IMG/VR virus record: IMGVR_UViG_3300044262_000032
Span: 1-64,000 of that record
Length of the DNA: 64,000 nucleotides
Strand: one strand, 5' to 3'
Origin: a virus
Taxonomy: Duplodnaviria; Caudoviricetes
The stretch's first letter is position 1, and the number at the start of each line of letters is the position of its first letter. The notes beneath the pieces were generated by a model, which made no database searches, had not been told where the DNA came from, and worked only from the letters and a program-made list of their open reading frames with translations. Below are positions 38,407 to 47,270 of the stretch, one piece after another. Made by a program: the position numbers and the translations under genes.

Positions 38407-38506
38407 TAAGGCGGCAAAGTTTGTACAGTTGAAGCTGGATACGCTGATTACTGAGCATACCCCGCAGAATGTCGGCGTTAAGGAAATCGGGGACGTGGAG
38501 CTTTAA
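38189..38506 (+). CDS. conserved-looking phage hypothetical protein
   Basis: VRVSMGTTLNMGNYQSLRLGV motif. Confidence 0.6.
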   Translation: MKVKKIGAHPTLSVVKNGNVTQKKGKPKMFNGEPAVVRVSMGTTLNMGNYQSLRLGVDLALPCSPAQVEQAFDKAAKFVQLKLDTLITEHTPQNVGVKEIGDVEL

Positions 38507-38507
38507 G

Positions 38508-39659
38508 ATGGCAAAGAAGACAACTCAAGGAACAGGTCTTGAGGCTGGGCTAATCCCTCCAATTAGTGGAGACACGCCGACTCGCCCAAAGACTGCGGCG
38601 GATCTCAAGAAGAGATTTGATAAGACGAAGCCTCGCTCTATATACACTGGCTCGGAAATTGAAGGGATTGTAGTTCCACGTCTACCCTCAGGGTCATTTG
38701 TATTTGATATGCTGACAGCAGGGGGCATCCCGAGGAATCGAATTACAGTATTTCATGGCCCGAAGAGCAGTAGTAAGACCACCTTTGCTCTTCGACTTGC
38801 CGGCATGTTTCAGACGCTTAATCCAACGCTTACAGCAGCCTTCGTTGACTTCGAAGGTACGTTTGATTGGGAATGGGCGAAGTCATATATTCCTGATCAG
38901 GCTCGTCTTCATGTAGTTCGTCCTGACTACGGTGAAGAAGGCATCGATATGGTGAAAGCATATGCCACCGAAGCAGATGATGTGGGTCTTATTATCATCG
39001 ATTCTCTTGCTGGTATTATTCCTGTCGCAGAAGCCGAAGCCGACGCAGCGGATTATACCCAACTTGGTTTGCAAGTCCGTCTTATTAATCGCCTGCTTCG
39101 CATTCTTATACCTCATATGTCTCAAGTGAATAAGCAGGGTGGACAACTTACCGTTCTGGCGATTAACCAGATTCGGGCAAACATGAATAAGACTGGCCCA
39201 TATGGATCGCCGTACTCCCAGCCGGGCGGTAAGCTTCTTGAACATGCCGCCTCTATGGACGTTAAGTTTTATAGTGGTGAGTACGAGAAACTGCAAGGTA
39301 TCCCAGTCAAGGTTAAGCACAAGTTTCAAGTTGAGAAAAATAAAGTAGGACTGCCGAAACGAAGCGGGGAGTTAGCGTACTATCTAACTGACTCCCCCGA
39401 AGGTATGTATCGAGCAGGGGAATTGGACGAAGACAAGGTAGTTATTACCTACGCCAAACGAGCTGGGTTGATTAATCGAGAAGGTACAAAATGGGTTATT
39501 GCTCGAAAGGGTGCAGATCCACTAGTCTTTGATAATATGTTGGCACTTCTGAGATATACGAAAGAAGATCAGGAGTTCTACATTGCTCTCAAGAACGCTA
39601 CGGTTAGAGCGTGTATCATCAATCCGTTCTTAACTGGAGAAGAGGGCAACAATGATTAA
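38508..39659 (+). CDS. recA: RecA/UvsX-like recombinase
   Basis: PSGSFVFD...GGIP..RIT, GPKSSSKTT, DFEGTFD, IIIDSLAG, INQIR, GGKLLEHAAS. Confidence 0.9.
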   Translation: MAKKTTQGTGLEAGLIPPISGDTPTRPKTAADLKKRFDKTKPRSIYTGSEIEGIVVPRLPSGSFVFDMLTAGGIPRNRITVFHGPKSSSKTTFALRLAGMFQTLNPTLTAAFVDFEGTFDWEWAKSYIPDQARLHVVRPDYGEEGIDMVKAYATEADDVGLIIIDSLAGIIPVAEAEADAADYTQLGLQVRLINRLLRILIPHMSQVNKQGGQLTVLAINQIRANMNKTGPYGSPYSQPGGKLLEHAASMDVKFYSGEYEKLQGIPVKVKHKFQVEKNKVGLPKRSGELAYYLTDSPEGMYRAGELDEDKVVITYAKRAGLINREGTKWVIARKGADPLVFDNMLALLRYTKEDQEFYIALKNATVRACIINPFLTGEEGNND

Positions 39660-40113
39660 TAGATGCTGCGTATGCGATAACCCGTTTGCTGTACCGCATC
39701 ATAGGGGATGGTATGAATACTATGTCCCAAGAGTCTGTTCCAGCTACTGCTTTACCAGACTTTGTAACGAAGGCCATCCAGAAGTACGAATCCCTCAAGG
39801 CGACCCGAGAATTGAAGAATTCACTGACAGTCTCATTGACCGCCGATCAAATTACGAGCGAGAATTTGAAAGATACCTACGTCGCCTTAACCTTAACTCC
39901 AAATACGAGCCTTTTCGGTTTCGGATGCTGTCCGGTGCAGGCTACGTCCCTGATTACCTACTCAGTGGCCGCGTCTTCATCGAAGTCAAAGGTCTTTGGA
40001 CTTCAGAAGGGAAAAGGAAGTTTCTCGATTTCAGAGACGAGTTCGATAACTTCCCTATCTACGTGGTAGATCGCTCATTTCTCGATATGCTGCGAAGGTC
40101 AACTAAACCATGA
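39652..40113 (+). CDS. T7 endonuclease I-like PD-(D/E)xK nuclease
   Basis: RSNYE...YEP...YVPDYLL...FIEVKG. Confidence 0.8.
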   Translation: MINRCCVCDNPFAVPHHRGWYEYYVPRVCSSYCFTRLCNEGHPEVRIPQGDPRIEEFTDSLIDRRSNYEREFERYLRRLNLNSKYEPFRFRMLSGAGYVPDYLLSGRVFIEVKGLWTSEGKRKFLDFRDEFDNFPIYVVDRSFLDMLRRSTKP

Positions 40114-40976
40114 ACAATCATTCGGGACATCTACTAGACCTCTTTCGTGCCTCATATAGAGGCAAAGGAGAAGGTGGTCGTGAGGGCGACACTTCTATCC
40201 ACGTTTCTAATCTCATTAATTTTTGTCCTCGTGCCTACTGGCTATGCCGTCGCTTTGACCGCGGTTATCATGGCTTTCGGCATCCTGGTATGCAAATGGG
40301 TTGGACGTTTGATATTGGACACGCTCTACAGCGAATTCAAGTCCATCGACTAATGAGTCAGGGGGCGGTCTTTGGTTCGTGGGAGTGTAGACATTGTAAG
40401 CGTCTTGAATATGGGATGCAGGACGATAAACGAATCTGTCCGACTTGTCGTTGTCGTGCCTGGAAGAATAGGGATCTTGGGGTAGAGCTACAGTTGCCAT
40501 TAGCGTCGACACCACAAACACCGCTGATAGTTCGAGGGAATATCGACTTTGTTGTAGCGATGACTCCCCAACATGGCTATGTATCCGATGCAAAAAGCAT
40601 TAAGGCGGAAGACTTTGATCTATTGAAAGACGCTACTATAGACTACAAGCGTCAGGTGCGTCTATATATGTGGCTCGCCAATCACAAGAAGGCTCGCATT
40701 CTCGGCGAGCCTCGTGTAGGTGCAGAAAAGTTTAAGATTGATCCTCGTCTTGGGGTTATCTCCTATTGTGTAAAAGGCGCGCGGCAGGAGCCCTTCAAGA
40801 TTTTTAATGTTGAACAAGATCGACCGTTTATCAAGCAGATCGATACCAGATTACAAGCGCTTGTAAAGCACATTGATGAGGGAACCGCACCTGATCGAAT
40901 CTGCGCGTCACAGGCAAACATGATGGCTAGGAACTGTGCGGCAAGAACGCTGTGCTTTGAAGGGGAGGGTCACTGA
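40110..40976 (+). CDS. Cas4-like PD-(D/E)xK exonuclease
   Basis: IHVS...FCPR, GHALQ, GNIDF, DAKS, Y..QVRLYM, C-terminal C...C...C. Confidence 0.8.
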   Translation: MNNHSGHLLDLFRASYRGKGEGGREGDTSIHVSNLINFCPRAYWLCRRFDRGYHGFRHPGMQMGWTFDIGHALQRIQVHRLMSQGAVFGSWECRHCKRLEYGMQDDKRICPTCRCRAWKNRDLGVELQLPLASTPQTPLIVRGNIDFVVAMTPQHGYVSDAKSIKAEDFDLLKDATIDYKRQVRLYMWLANHKKARILGEPRVGAEKFKIDPRLGVISYCVKGARQEPFKIFNVEQDRPFIKQIDTRLQALVKHIDEGTAPDRICASQANMMARNCAARTLCFEGEGH

Positions 40977-41218
40977 TGAAGAAGGACGAGTTTCTAGTTA
41001 GATTCAAACTGGGATTTAGTGATCTTACCTGCGATGAGATTTGTACACTGGAGGCCTATCTCAAGGAGGGTCTCTGTGACAAACAGTGGGGAAACCCGGA
41101 GATTTCGTTTGAGGCAGTGTATACAGGCGAGCGTCCAGAAAAGAAGGCCAAAAAGAGCGTTACGAAGGAAGAAGTTCTAGCACTAGAGAAAGCAAAGGGA
41201 ACTAGCTGTGGCAACTAA
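40976..41218 (+). CDS. hypothetical protein
   Basis: TGATG coupling; GGGAGG SD. Confidence 0.55.
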   Translation: MKKDEFLVRFKLGFSDLTCDEICTLEAYLKEGLCDKQWGNPEISFEAVYTGERPEKKAKKSVTKEEVLALEKAKGTSCGN

Positions 41219-41771
41219 TAATGCTGAAGTTCAGTTATCCCAAGAAGAGGTTCAGCGAATTGCTGAAGCCGTCTGGAATATGCAAACTAGCCCAACTCTT
41301 AGCGAGACGCTCTATCACACTTCATTTGATACATTTACAACTGGCGTAGATACCGGAACAACATGGACCACCCAGCCAATAGGCCCGTGGACTGGATCAA
41401 ACGAATATATCTATATCCCGCCATGGGAAGATCGAATTAGAGAGCAAGAGCCAGTGGTTGATAGTGAGGCTCTCCGAAGATTTCGTGAGTCCATTGCTGA
41501 AACTGTGCGAAGTGTGCGTCGAAATCCCACTCCCGAGCTAGAGATGATCGAAGCTACAGAAATACCAGCATCAGATGATCCAGTCCCGGCTATTAGACTT
41601 GTTATAAAGTTCCCAACTACCCCCGTGGTGGAACTGTCAGCTGATGCGCTGCGGATGTTTGATAAAGAAATCAAACTGGCATTCATTCGCGCATTTCGAC
41701 TCGTGCCTCCACCTACGGCAACAATTAGACGGCTTATCTTCGATGAGGCAGTCGATGACTGTAGCAAATAG
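41208..41771 (+). CDS. hypothetical protein
   Basis: 187-aa ORF, GTG start. Confidence 0.55.
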   Translation: MATNNAEVQLSQEEVQRIAEAVWNMQTSPTLSETLYHTSFDTFTTGVDTGTTWTTQPIGPWTGSNEYIYIPPWEDRIREQEPVVDSEALRRFRESIAETVRSVRRNPTPELEMIEATEIPASDDPVPAIRLVIKFPTTPVVELSADALRMFDKEIKLAFIRAFRLVPPPTATIRRLIFDEAVDDCSK

Positions 41772-42084
41772 AAATAGGGCTCGCGGAAAAGCAAGTGAGA
41801 AAGCGCTGGCTGATCTTCTAGGTTGGCTTAGATATGGAATCATGGGGGGTGAAGACCTCGTGGACCCAACAGGTGAGTGGTCTGGTGAAAGTAAGAGTGT
41901 TCAGCGCTGCGTTGTATCCAAGTGGTTTGAGCAGGCTACACGCAATGCAACCAAGTCTAAGCGCGCGGGGCGCAAGCGTCCCGTTGTCTTTATTCATTTG
42001 AAGGGAACTCAACACGCTACTAGTGATCTAGCCGTCATACATATTCAGGATTTTCTTGAACTCACGAAAGGTGGACGAACATGA
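41755..42084 (+). CDS. Holliday junction resolvase-like nuclease
   Basis: NRNRARGKASE...GGEDL...ESKS...WFEQA pattern. Confidence 0.65.
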   Translation: MTVANRNRARGKASEKALADLLGWLRYGIMGGEDLVDPTGEWSGESKSVQRCVVSKWFEQATRNATKSKRAGRKRPVVFIHLKGTQHATSDLAVIHIQDFLELTKGGRT

Positions 42085-42240
42085 TCGAATTCTCCGAGCT
42101 GTTCTCCCTGCCACTAGTGAGATGTCATCATAAGGAACAAATCTGTAGATTTGCCTATCACGACCCACACTATACCTTCTTCCCTGATGGCAGAAGGATG
42201 GATTTGTGGATAACGCGCTGTTTCGTGGGGAGGGAGTATT

Positions 42241-42522
42241 GTGACTGCGAAGGCTATCGATCGGATTCGGAATGTAGTTGTCCCCGCTGTGAAGAAGGGG
42301 TACTACCTTACTCGCGGGAAGATTCATCTCACGAAGGACGAGGAAGTGACCTACTGTGGGGTGAAGCTGGAGGATGTAAATGGATCCACTACCGAGCTGG
42401 ACGGGGTAACTTGCCAAAAATGCCTAATGTTCAAAACCCAGACTTGGCGTAGGGGAGTGAAATCCGAGGTAAAAGAAATTCCTCCTGTCAAGACTAGAAA
42501 AGCAAAGAAGAGGGCGCGATAA
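42241..42522 (+). CDS. hypothetical protein
   Basis: GGGAG SD; HL...TYCG...TCQKC zinc motif. Confidence 0.55.
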   Translation: MTAKAIDRIRNVVVPAVKKGYYLTRGKIHLTKDEEVTYCGVKLEDVNGSTTELDGVTCQKCLMFKTQTWRRGVKSEVKEIPPVKTRKAKKRAR

Positions 42523-43016
42523 TGGCACTACAAGATTCAGGCGAACGAAGAGAGTTTTCAACAGGAGCAGTAAGAGATATGTCAGCTGGTAAAGGACGTT
42601 ACGATCTTATTCCCTATGATGCTCTTAGGCGACTGGCTCTTATCTACGAACATGGTGCTGTAAAGTATGGTGAAGGCAACTGGATGAAGGGAATTCCTGT
42701 TTCTTCATTTATAGATAGCGCCATGCGTCATCTACAGAAGTTCTCCGCTGGACTAGAAGATGAAGATCATCCCGCGCAGGCAGTTTGGAATATCTTTGCT
42801 GCTATGTGGACAATTGATCAGATCAGACAAGGGAAGTTATCAGCAGATTTGGACAATCGGGCGTACAAGATTCCTGTAGTTTCAATTCCAACTGTTTGGA
42901 CCGCAGGCTCTTCTCCACAAGAGGGGGATACCTATGTGATAGTTACTAATGATCCACATGGGGGACCAGAAAAGAAGTATCTATTTCGCAACGGTAACTG
43001 GGAATATGTCGTCTAG
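42522..43016 (+). CDS. dATP/dGTP diphosphohydrolase domain protein (DUF5664)
   Basis: DSGERREFSTGAVRD...KGRYDLIP...GAVKYG..NWMKGIP...SAMRHL...DHPAQAVWN. Confidence 0.88.
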   Translation: MALQDSGERREFSTGAVRDMSAGKGRYDLIPYDALRRLALIYEHGAVKYGEGNWMKGIPVSSFIDSAMRHLQKFSAGLEDEDHPAQAVWNIFAAMWTIDQIRQGKLSADLDNRAYKIPVVSIPTVWTAGSSPQEGDTYVIVTNDPHGGPEKKYLFRNGNWEYVV

Positions 43017-43025
43017 GAGACAATC

Positions 43026-43388
43026 ATGACCCCAAAGAAACCTCGTCCGAAGAAGCTTATTGGCCAGACTCGTAAGATCAAGACAGGGTGTGGGAATCTA
43101 TTTCTAACAGTAAACGAAGATGCAGACGGTCCATTTGAGGTGTTCATCAGATTCGGTAAAGGCGGTGGTTGTTCCAGCACTATTGGGGAATCCATCGGTC
43201 GTCTTGTGTCTATATCCCTGCGAAAGGGAGAAGGCGCCGAGGAGATCATCAAACAGCTTATGGGAATCACCTGTCATCAGCAGCTCCCGGCTATTGGAGA
43301 AGATCCAGCAGTTTTTTCGTGTGCTGATGGAGTAGCACAGCTTCTTAGAAAGCATATGGCGGAGAGGGAAAAGGAAAAGGCGTCATGA
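43026..43388 (+). CDS. TSCPD domain protein (class II RNR, NrdJb-like)
   Basis: KTGCGNLFLTVN...PFEVF...GKGGGC...IGRLVSISLR...QLMGITC...SCADGVA. Confidence 0.85.
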   Translation: MTPKKPRPKKLIGQTRKIKTGCGNLFLTVNEDADGPFEVFIRFGKGGGCSSTIGESIGRLVSISLRKGEGAEEIIKQLMGITCHQQLPAIGEDPAVFSCADGVAQLLRKHMAEREKEKAS

Positions 43389-43729
43389 GTGAAGAACGAG
43401 GAACGCTAGAGCTAACCGAGCCACACCCCTCAGCTCTTCATGCGTTGAAGTGGATTCGTAGTCTACCAGCAACGACTATCTTTACATGGCAAGAAGCATA
43501 TGCTTCTTGTTCGATTGAAGGAAATAGACTTGCAGAAGTTTGTGGCGAAACGCTACGGCGCTTGATGGATGGTGAGCCCGTTAGCGACCGCTATCTTCTA
43601 GGCCTTGCATGGAGTATGCGCTATGACGGAACTGGAGAAGTCGAAAGTACGGGCAAAAAGAAGAGAGGCAGACCGCCGGGCAAAAAGTCGCGCAAAGCAA
43701 AAGATGAAGGAGTGGCGCCTACCGGATAA
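43385..43729 (+). CDS. hypothetical protein
   Basis: ATGA overlap with upstream ORF. Confidence 0.55.
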   Translation: MSEERGTLELTEPHPSALHALKWIRSLPATTIFTWQEAYASCSIEGNRLAEVCGETLRRLMDGEPVSDRYLLGLAWSMRYDGTGEVESTGKKKRGRPPGKKSRKAKDEGVAPTG

Positions 43730-43857
43730 ACATATAACTCCTAAACATGTGGGTAAGCAGGCAGCAGTTCACAGCGCGCCTTGCTCTTGCTTCGGTTGTG
43801 GTAATCCCAGGTGTATGAGTAAAGGTAAAGAGCGCCTTACAATGCAGGAGAGAAAGC

Positions 43858-44073
43858 ATGAAGAACTGCCCGGAGTGTGGGAGGGAGGCGACTAAAGTTA
43901 TCTACGCAGGGCTACCAACTAATATCTGTAGCTCTTGTGATCTTTGCTTTGGTGGCTTTGCATGGGTAATGAAGTATCTGCCCTATAACGGATGGTTTCT
44001 TGAGTATGAGGGAAGCTATCTACCTGCTTTTTGGTATTGGCTAACAACGAATCCTGAAGATGAAGAAGATTAA
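43858..44073 (+). CDS. zinc-ribbon hypothetical protein
   Basis: CPEC...CSSC; GGAG SD. Confidence 0.55.
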   Translation: MKNCPECGREATKVIYAGLPTNICSSCDLCFGGFAWVMKYLPYNGWFLEYEGSYLPAFWYWLTTNPEDEED

Positions 44074-44266
44074 AGCGGCCGTTCGTATTAATGCCTATGA
44101 AGTTGTTGCACGGGCGGTAGAAGAGGGTGTGCAGTACGGGTATACCCGTGCGTATAAACACACTGATGAGCCAACCGAAGATGGGCTAAAAGAAGCTATG
44201 GTAAATGCAGTTATGAATTCCCTTTGTGAAATTCTTATTTTCGGGGATGACGATGAAGATCATTGA
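44060..44266 (+). CDS. hypothetical protein
   Basis: 68 aa, overlapping its neighbours. Confidence 0.5.
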   Translation: MKKIKAAVRINAYEVVARAVEEGVQYGYTRAYKHTDEPTEDGLKEAMVNAVMNSLCEILIFGDDDEDH

Positions 44267-44915
44267 GCAATCAATTCAGTTCGAGGAGCCAATCAATGGT
44301 GAGGAGATTCTCTGGAAGCTCGAAAGAGCTGCCCGAAACTGCTACAAGTCCGAGGGAAAGAATTCCGAGCGTGACCGAGCTAAAAGAGACGCACTTCTAC
44401 GCCACGCAGTTAAGCGAGGGCATACGTCAGTTCTTGAGCATGTCTCACTTACCTTCCGCGTTACGACAAACCGCGGAGTTTCTCACGAGTGGGTCAGACA
44501 TCGAATCGGTTGGTCTTACTCTCAGGAGTCCACTCGGTACTGTAATTACGGTCACTCTGAAGGCATCACGGTAATCTGGCCATGGTTCTTAGGGCAACAG
44601 CCAGCTAAACTAGCTGATGGCTATGGCGGAACTCAGCTTCTCTGGGTACTGGCTATGGAGAATGCTGAGCGCTCATATCTAGACATGCTAGAGGCCGGCT
44701 GTAAGCCCGAGGAAGCGCGTGACGTGCTGCCGTCTGCACTAAAGACGGAGATTGTCTGTACAGCCAATATAGTGGCTCTCAGACACTTCTTTCGACAGCG
44801 TTGTACGAGAATGGCGCATCCCCAGATACGCGCCCTCGCTTTACAACTGCTTGAAAAGCTCAACGCTGAGATCCCAATTCTCTTTGAGGATCTAGCAGAG
44901 GAGTTTCTAAAATGA
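44253..44915 (+). CDS. thyX: FAD-dependent thymidylate synthase
   Basis: GHTSVLEH, SHEWVRHR..SYSQESTRY, EEARDVLP, LRHFF..R...AHPQIR. Confidence 0.96.
   Translation: MKIIEQSIQFEEPINGEEILWKLERAARNCYKSEGKNSERDRAKRDALLRHAVKRGHTSVLEHVSLTFRVTTNRGVSHEWVRHRIGWSYSQESTRYCNYGHSEGITVIWPWFLGQQPAKLADGYGGTQLLWVLAMENAERSYLDMLEAGCKPEEARDVLPSALKTEIVCTANIVALRHFFRQRCTRMAHPQIRALALQLLEKLNAEIPILFEDLAEEFLK
44838..44859. repeat. dispersed palindrome, copy 6 (degenerate)
   Basis: GCTTTACAAC-TG-CTTGAAAAGC near the thyX 3' end. Confidence 0.5.
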
Positions 44916-45205
44916 AGAAGGCATTGCTGGTGGCGCTGTTAACTCTTGCACCTGTAAGAGTTTTTGCCCATGAGCTAATGTTTAATCTGGAACATCGGCA
45001 CAATGCTCATTACTATGAGAATATCTATCATCAGGAATATAGCCGAGCGCGTCAGAACTACATTGTTACTGGGGACCGAAAATACATGGAGCCCTATCTC
45101 GGTTGGTACAACCCCAATCGTTATCGTGAGAGTAACCGCGCTATTGTAATTACCCCTAGCTCTCCCCGTAGATCTAGGTCTTTTGGGGTTGACTCTCTTC
45201 GGTAG
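44912..45205 (+). CDS. secreted hypothetical protein
   Basis: signal peptide MKKALLVALLTLAPVRVFA. Confidence 0.6.
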   Translation: MKKALLVALLTLAPVRVFAHELMFNLEHRHNAHYYENIYHQEYSRARQNYIVTGDRKYMEPYLGWYNPNRYRESNRAIVITPSSPRRSRSFGVDSLR

Positions 45206-45216
45206 ATAAGTATAAT
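45189..45216 (+). promoter_or_regulatory. sigma70-type promoter
   Basis: TTGACT-16 bp-TATAAT. Confidence 0.65.
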
Positions 45217-45238
45217 TATAGAAACAACGGAGGTGACT

Positions 45239-45409
45239 ATGAAAGGGTGGCTAGTTGTCGTTGCAGCAGTTCTTCTAGGAGCACTCTCAGCTTGTTCCAT
45301 TCGTGTCACTGGCGATGCGTCAATGCTCAAGAAGTATGATCGCCCCTCAGACACCTGGAGCATGGAAACCAAAGACGGCTCGGCCGTCAAGACGGAGGTA
45401 GCCAAGTAA
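45239..45409 (+). CDS. small lipoprotein
   Basis: GGAGGTG SD; lipobox ...GALSA-C; 56 aa. Confidence 0.65.
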   Translation: MKGWLVVVAAVLLGALSACSIRVTGDASMLKKYDRPSDTWSMETKDGSAVKTEVAK

Positions 45410-45597
45410 TGAAGAAAGCTCTCTATGTTCTGCTCACTATTGGTCTTGTTGCTGGAGTGGCCGCTTGTGGCGTGTGGGACAATGTCACTGATCCTGATGA
45501 TGACTATGTAAAGCTAAAGGGGGAGCCTGGGGCAGCGTGTACCGTCGATAGTGAATGTCGTTCGGACTTCTGTGGTTATCCTGGCATCTGCAAGTAA
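45409..45597 (+). CDS. small Cys-rich lipoprotein
   Basis: lipobox ...GVAA-C; GAACTVDSECRSDFC..C. Confidence 0.65.
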   Translation: MKKALYVLLTIGLVAGVAACGVWDNVTDPDDDYVKLKGEPGAACTVDSECRSDFCGYPGICK

Positions 45598-45603
45598 GGG
45601 GGA

Positions 45604-46233
45604 ATGATGTTCAAAACTCTTGGGGCGGTTTGTGTAGTATCTCTTCTCGGCGTTAGTTCGGCACTAGCTTCTACTGTCGTTCCGACAACGACAACTACAG
45701 TTGATAGTGTTGTCAATGCCACACCTGCACCAGCGGCAGAACCAGCATTTAACTGGAAGGCGCCTGGTACCTTTGGCCGAGTCTATCTCGGGGCATACGG
45801 TCCATCTGATGATGACAAGACCTACGATCTCTATGACCCGCAGACAGGAGTAAATGGTGGTCTGGCTGTCGGCTATCGGTTTAGCCAGAATCTTACAGGT
45901 CAGCTAGAAGTAGGGTACCAGCAATCATCTGGCAATTATGAAGGCTGGGAGTTCATTGGTATTCCAACAATGGCCGTGGTTCATCTTGGTCTTCCCGTTG
46001 AAGACAAGATTGAAATCTATGTTCTAGGTGGCATTGGCGCACTATTCTATAGTGTCGAAGATATCAACCAGACGCAAGACAACGTTGCTATGGCAACTAA
46101 GGTTGGTATGGGTGTATCAGTTCACTTTGGCAAGTATTCGATTGGTGGTGAGGTTGGCTACCAGATGACCAATGTTGACGATGCGCCAAATGATGCTATC
46201 ATCTCTTCACTGACGATTGGATTCGGTCACTAA
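45604..46233 (+). CDS. outer-membrane beta-barrel protein (8-strand OmpA/Ail-like)
   Basis: signal peptide; alternating strands GLAVGYRF, YVLGGIG, GMGVSVHF, GGEVGYQ; C-terminal IGF. Confidence 0.75.
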   Translation: MMFKTLGAVCVVSLLGVSSALASTVVPTTTTTVDSVVNATPAPAAEPAFNWKAPGTFGRVYLGAYGPSDDDKTYDLYDPQTGVNGGLAVGYRFSQNLTGQLEVGYQQSSGNYEGWEFIGIPTMAVVHLGLPVEDKIEIYVLGGIGALFYSVEDINQTQDNVAMATKVGMGVSVHFGKYSIGGEVGYQMTNVDDAPNDAIISSLTIGFGH

Positions 46234-46247
46234 TCAAGGAGAGAACA

Positions 46248-46289
46248 ATGGCTGGTACGAAGAAGTGCAAACCCAAGAAGAAAAAGTAG
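46248..46289 (+). CDS. 13-aa Lys-rich micropeptide MAGTKKCKPKKKK
   Basis: AAGGAGAG SD with good spacing; twin ORF follows. Confidence 0.5.
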   Translation: MAGTKKCKPKKKK

Positions 46290-46300
46290 GGAGGGTGCAA

Positions 46301-46342
46301 GTGGCTACAAAGAAGCCGATGCCGAAGAAGCCCAAGAAGTAG
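46301..46342 (+). CDS. 13-aa Lys-rich micropeptide MATKKPMPKKPKK
   Basis: GGAGGG SD, GTG start; same length as its twin; terminator follows. Confidence 0.5.
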   Translation: MATKKPMPKKPKK

Positions 46343-46364
46343 TGCCCAGACACTACTGACAGGG

Positions 46365-46399
46365 GAGAAAGCGGGGACTTGCGCCCCGCTTTCTCTTTT
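46365..46399 (+). terminator. intrinsic terminator
   Basis: GAGAAAGCGGGG-ACTTGCG-CCCCGCTTTCTC-TTTT. Confidence 0.8.
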
Positions 46400-46521
46400 A
46401 GTATATTAGTAGATCATGTGCACCGTTGATATAAACGCAATGTTCGAAGGTACGGTGACCGCGTTATGTTATTTAGATCCAGATGTAGCTTTTATTCTAT
46501 GGAGTGATGACAGCGCTGTCG

Positions 46522-46594
46522 TTCAACTTAGCTCAGTTGGCAGAGCAACGGCGTGCAAAGCCGTGGGTCATGGGTTCGAGCCCCATAGTTGAAT
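46522..46594 (+). tRNA. tRNA-Cys(GCA)
   Basis: cloverleaf, loop GTGCAAA, U73, no encoded CCA. Confidence 0.85.
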
Positions 46595-46646
46595 TAACGA
46601 GCGCGAAGGCCGGAAACAACTGACCAACCTACGGGAAATAGAACAT

Positions 46647-46724
46647 CGGGGTGTAGCTCAGCCTGGGTAGAGTTCCTGGTTTGGAGCCAGGATGTCGTAG
46701 GTTCAAATCCTACCACCCCGACCA
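46647..46724 (+). tRNA. tRNA-Pro(TGG)
   Basis: cloverleaf, loop TTTGGAG, CCA. Confidence 0.95.
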
Positions 46725-46851
46725 ATATTGAAAGGAGAAGCGTCCTACTCGTCAGGCCCCTCCATTATGACGCGGGGGCAGGGTATCTAGAGGATAAGAT
46801 CTCTAGATGAAAACCTCGGTGGAACAGCCACAGGGGACGCTAGTAAAACAT

Positions 46852-46935
46852 GCGGATGTGGTGGAATGGCAGACACGCTGCGCTTAGAACGCAGTGGGTA
46901 AAACCGTGGGGGTTCAAGTCCCTCCATCCGCACCA
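46852..46935 (+). tRNA. tRNA-Leu(TAG), class II
   Basis: loop CTTAGAA, long variable arm, CCA. Confidence 0.95.
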
Positions 46936-47109
46936 ACTCTAGAGGAGAATTGAATGAACAACGAACGTCATCATTCACAGTTTCCATGGTGGGTTGGGGT
47001 TATCGTGAACGTAGTGTCTTTTCCAGGTGATGTGAAGGATGTCATTCAGACTAAGATTCGCAAGTTAAAAGAGAAGAAAGAAGCTGAGAAGAAAGAGTAC
47101 ATTCACTAA

Positions 47110-47150
47110 GCTGGCGTAGACCAACGGCAGAGTCAACGGTCTGAGAGCGT
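47110..47150 (+). pseudogene. 5' half remnant of tRNA-Leu(GAG)
   Basis: GCTGGCG-TA-GACCAACGGCAGAGTC-A-ACGGT-CTGAGAG, breaks off after the anticodon loop. Confidence 0.7.
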
Positions 47151-47228
47151 GGCTAGGTAGACCAATTTGGCAGAGTCAATGGCATGAGAGGCCATGTAGT
47201 GGGAGTTCGAGTCTCCCCCTAGCTACCA
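47151..47228 (+). tRNA. tRNA-Leu(GAG), short variable loop
   Basis: ATGGC-ATGAGAG-GCCAT, 5-nt variable loop, A73, CCA. Confidence 0.85.
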
Positions 47229-47242
47229 GACGAGAAACTATC

Positions 47243-47270
47243 TTGACTTTCAAATCCCAAGAGTTATACT
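47243..47270 (+). promoter_or_regulatory. sigma70-type promoter of the HNH gene
   Basis: TTGACT-16 bp-TATACT. Confidence 0.6.

Noticed and set aside
40110-40976. CRISPR-Cas locus
   Set aside because: The Cas4-like nuclease sits in a recombination cluster; no repeat-spacer array or other cas genes seen
42522-43016. Definite 2-aminoadenine (Z) or deazaguanine genome
   Set aside because: No purZ, dpdA or preQ0 genes in the window; DUF5664 alone is insufficient
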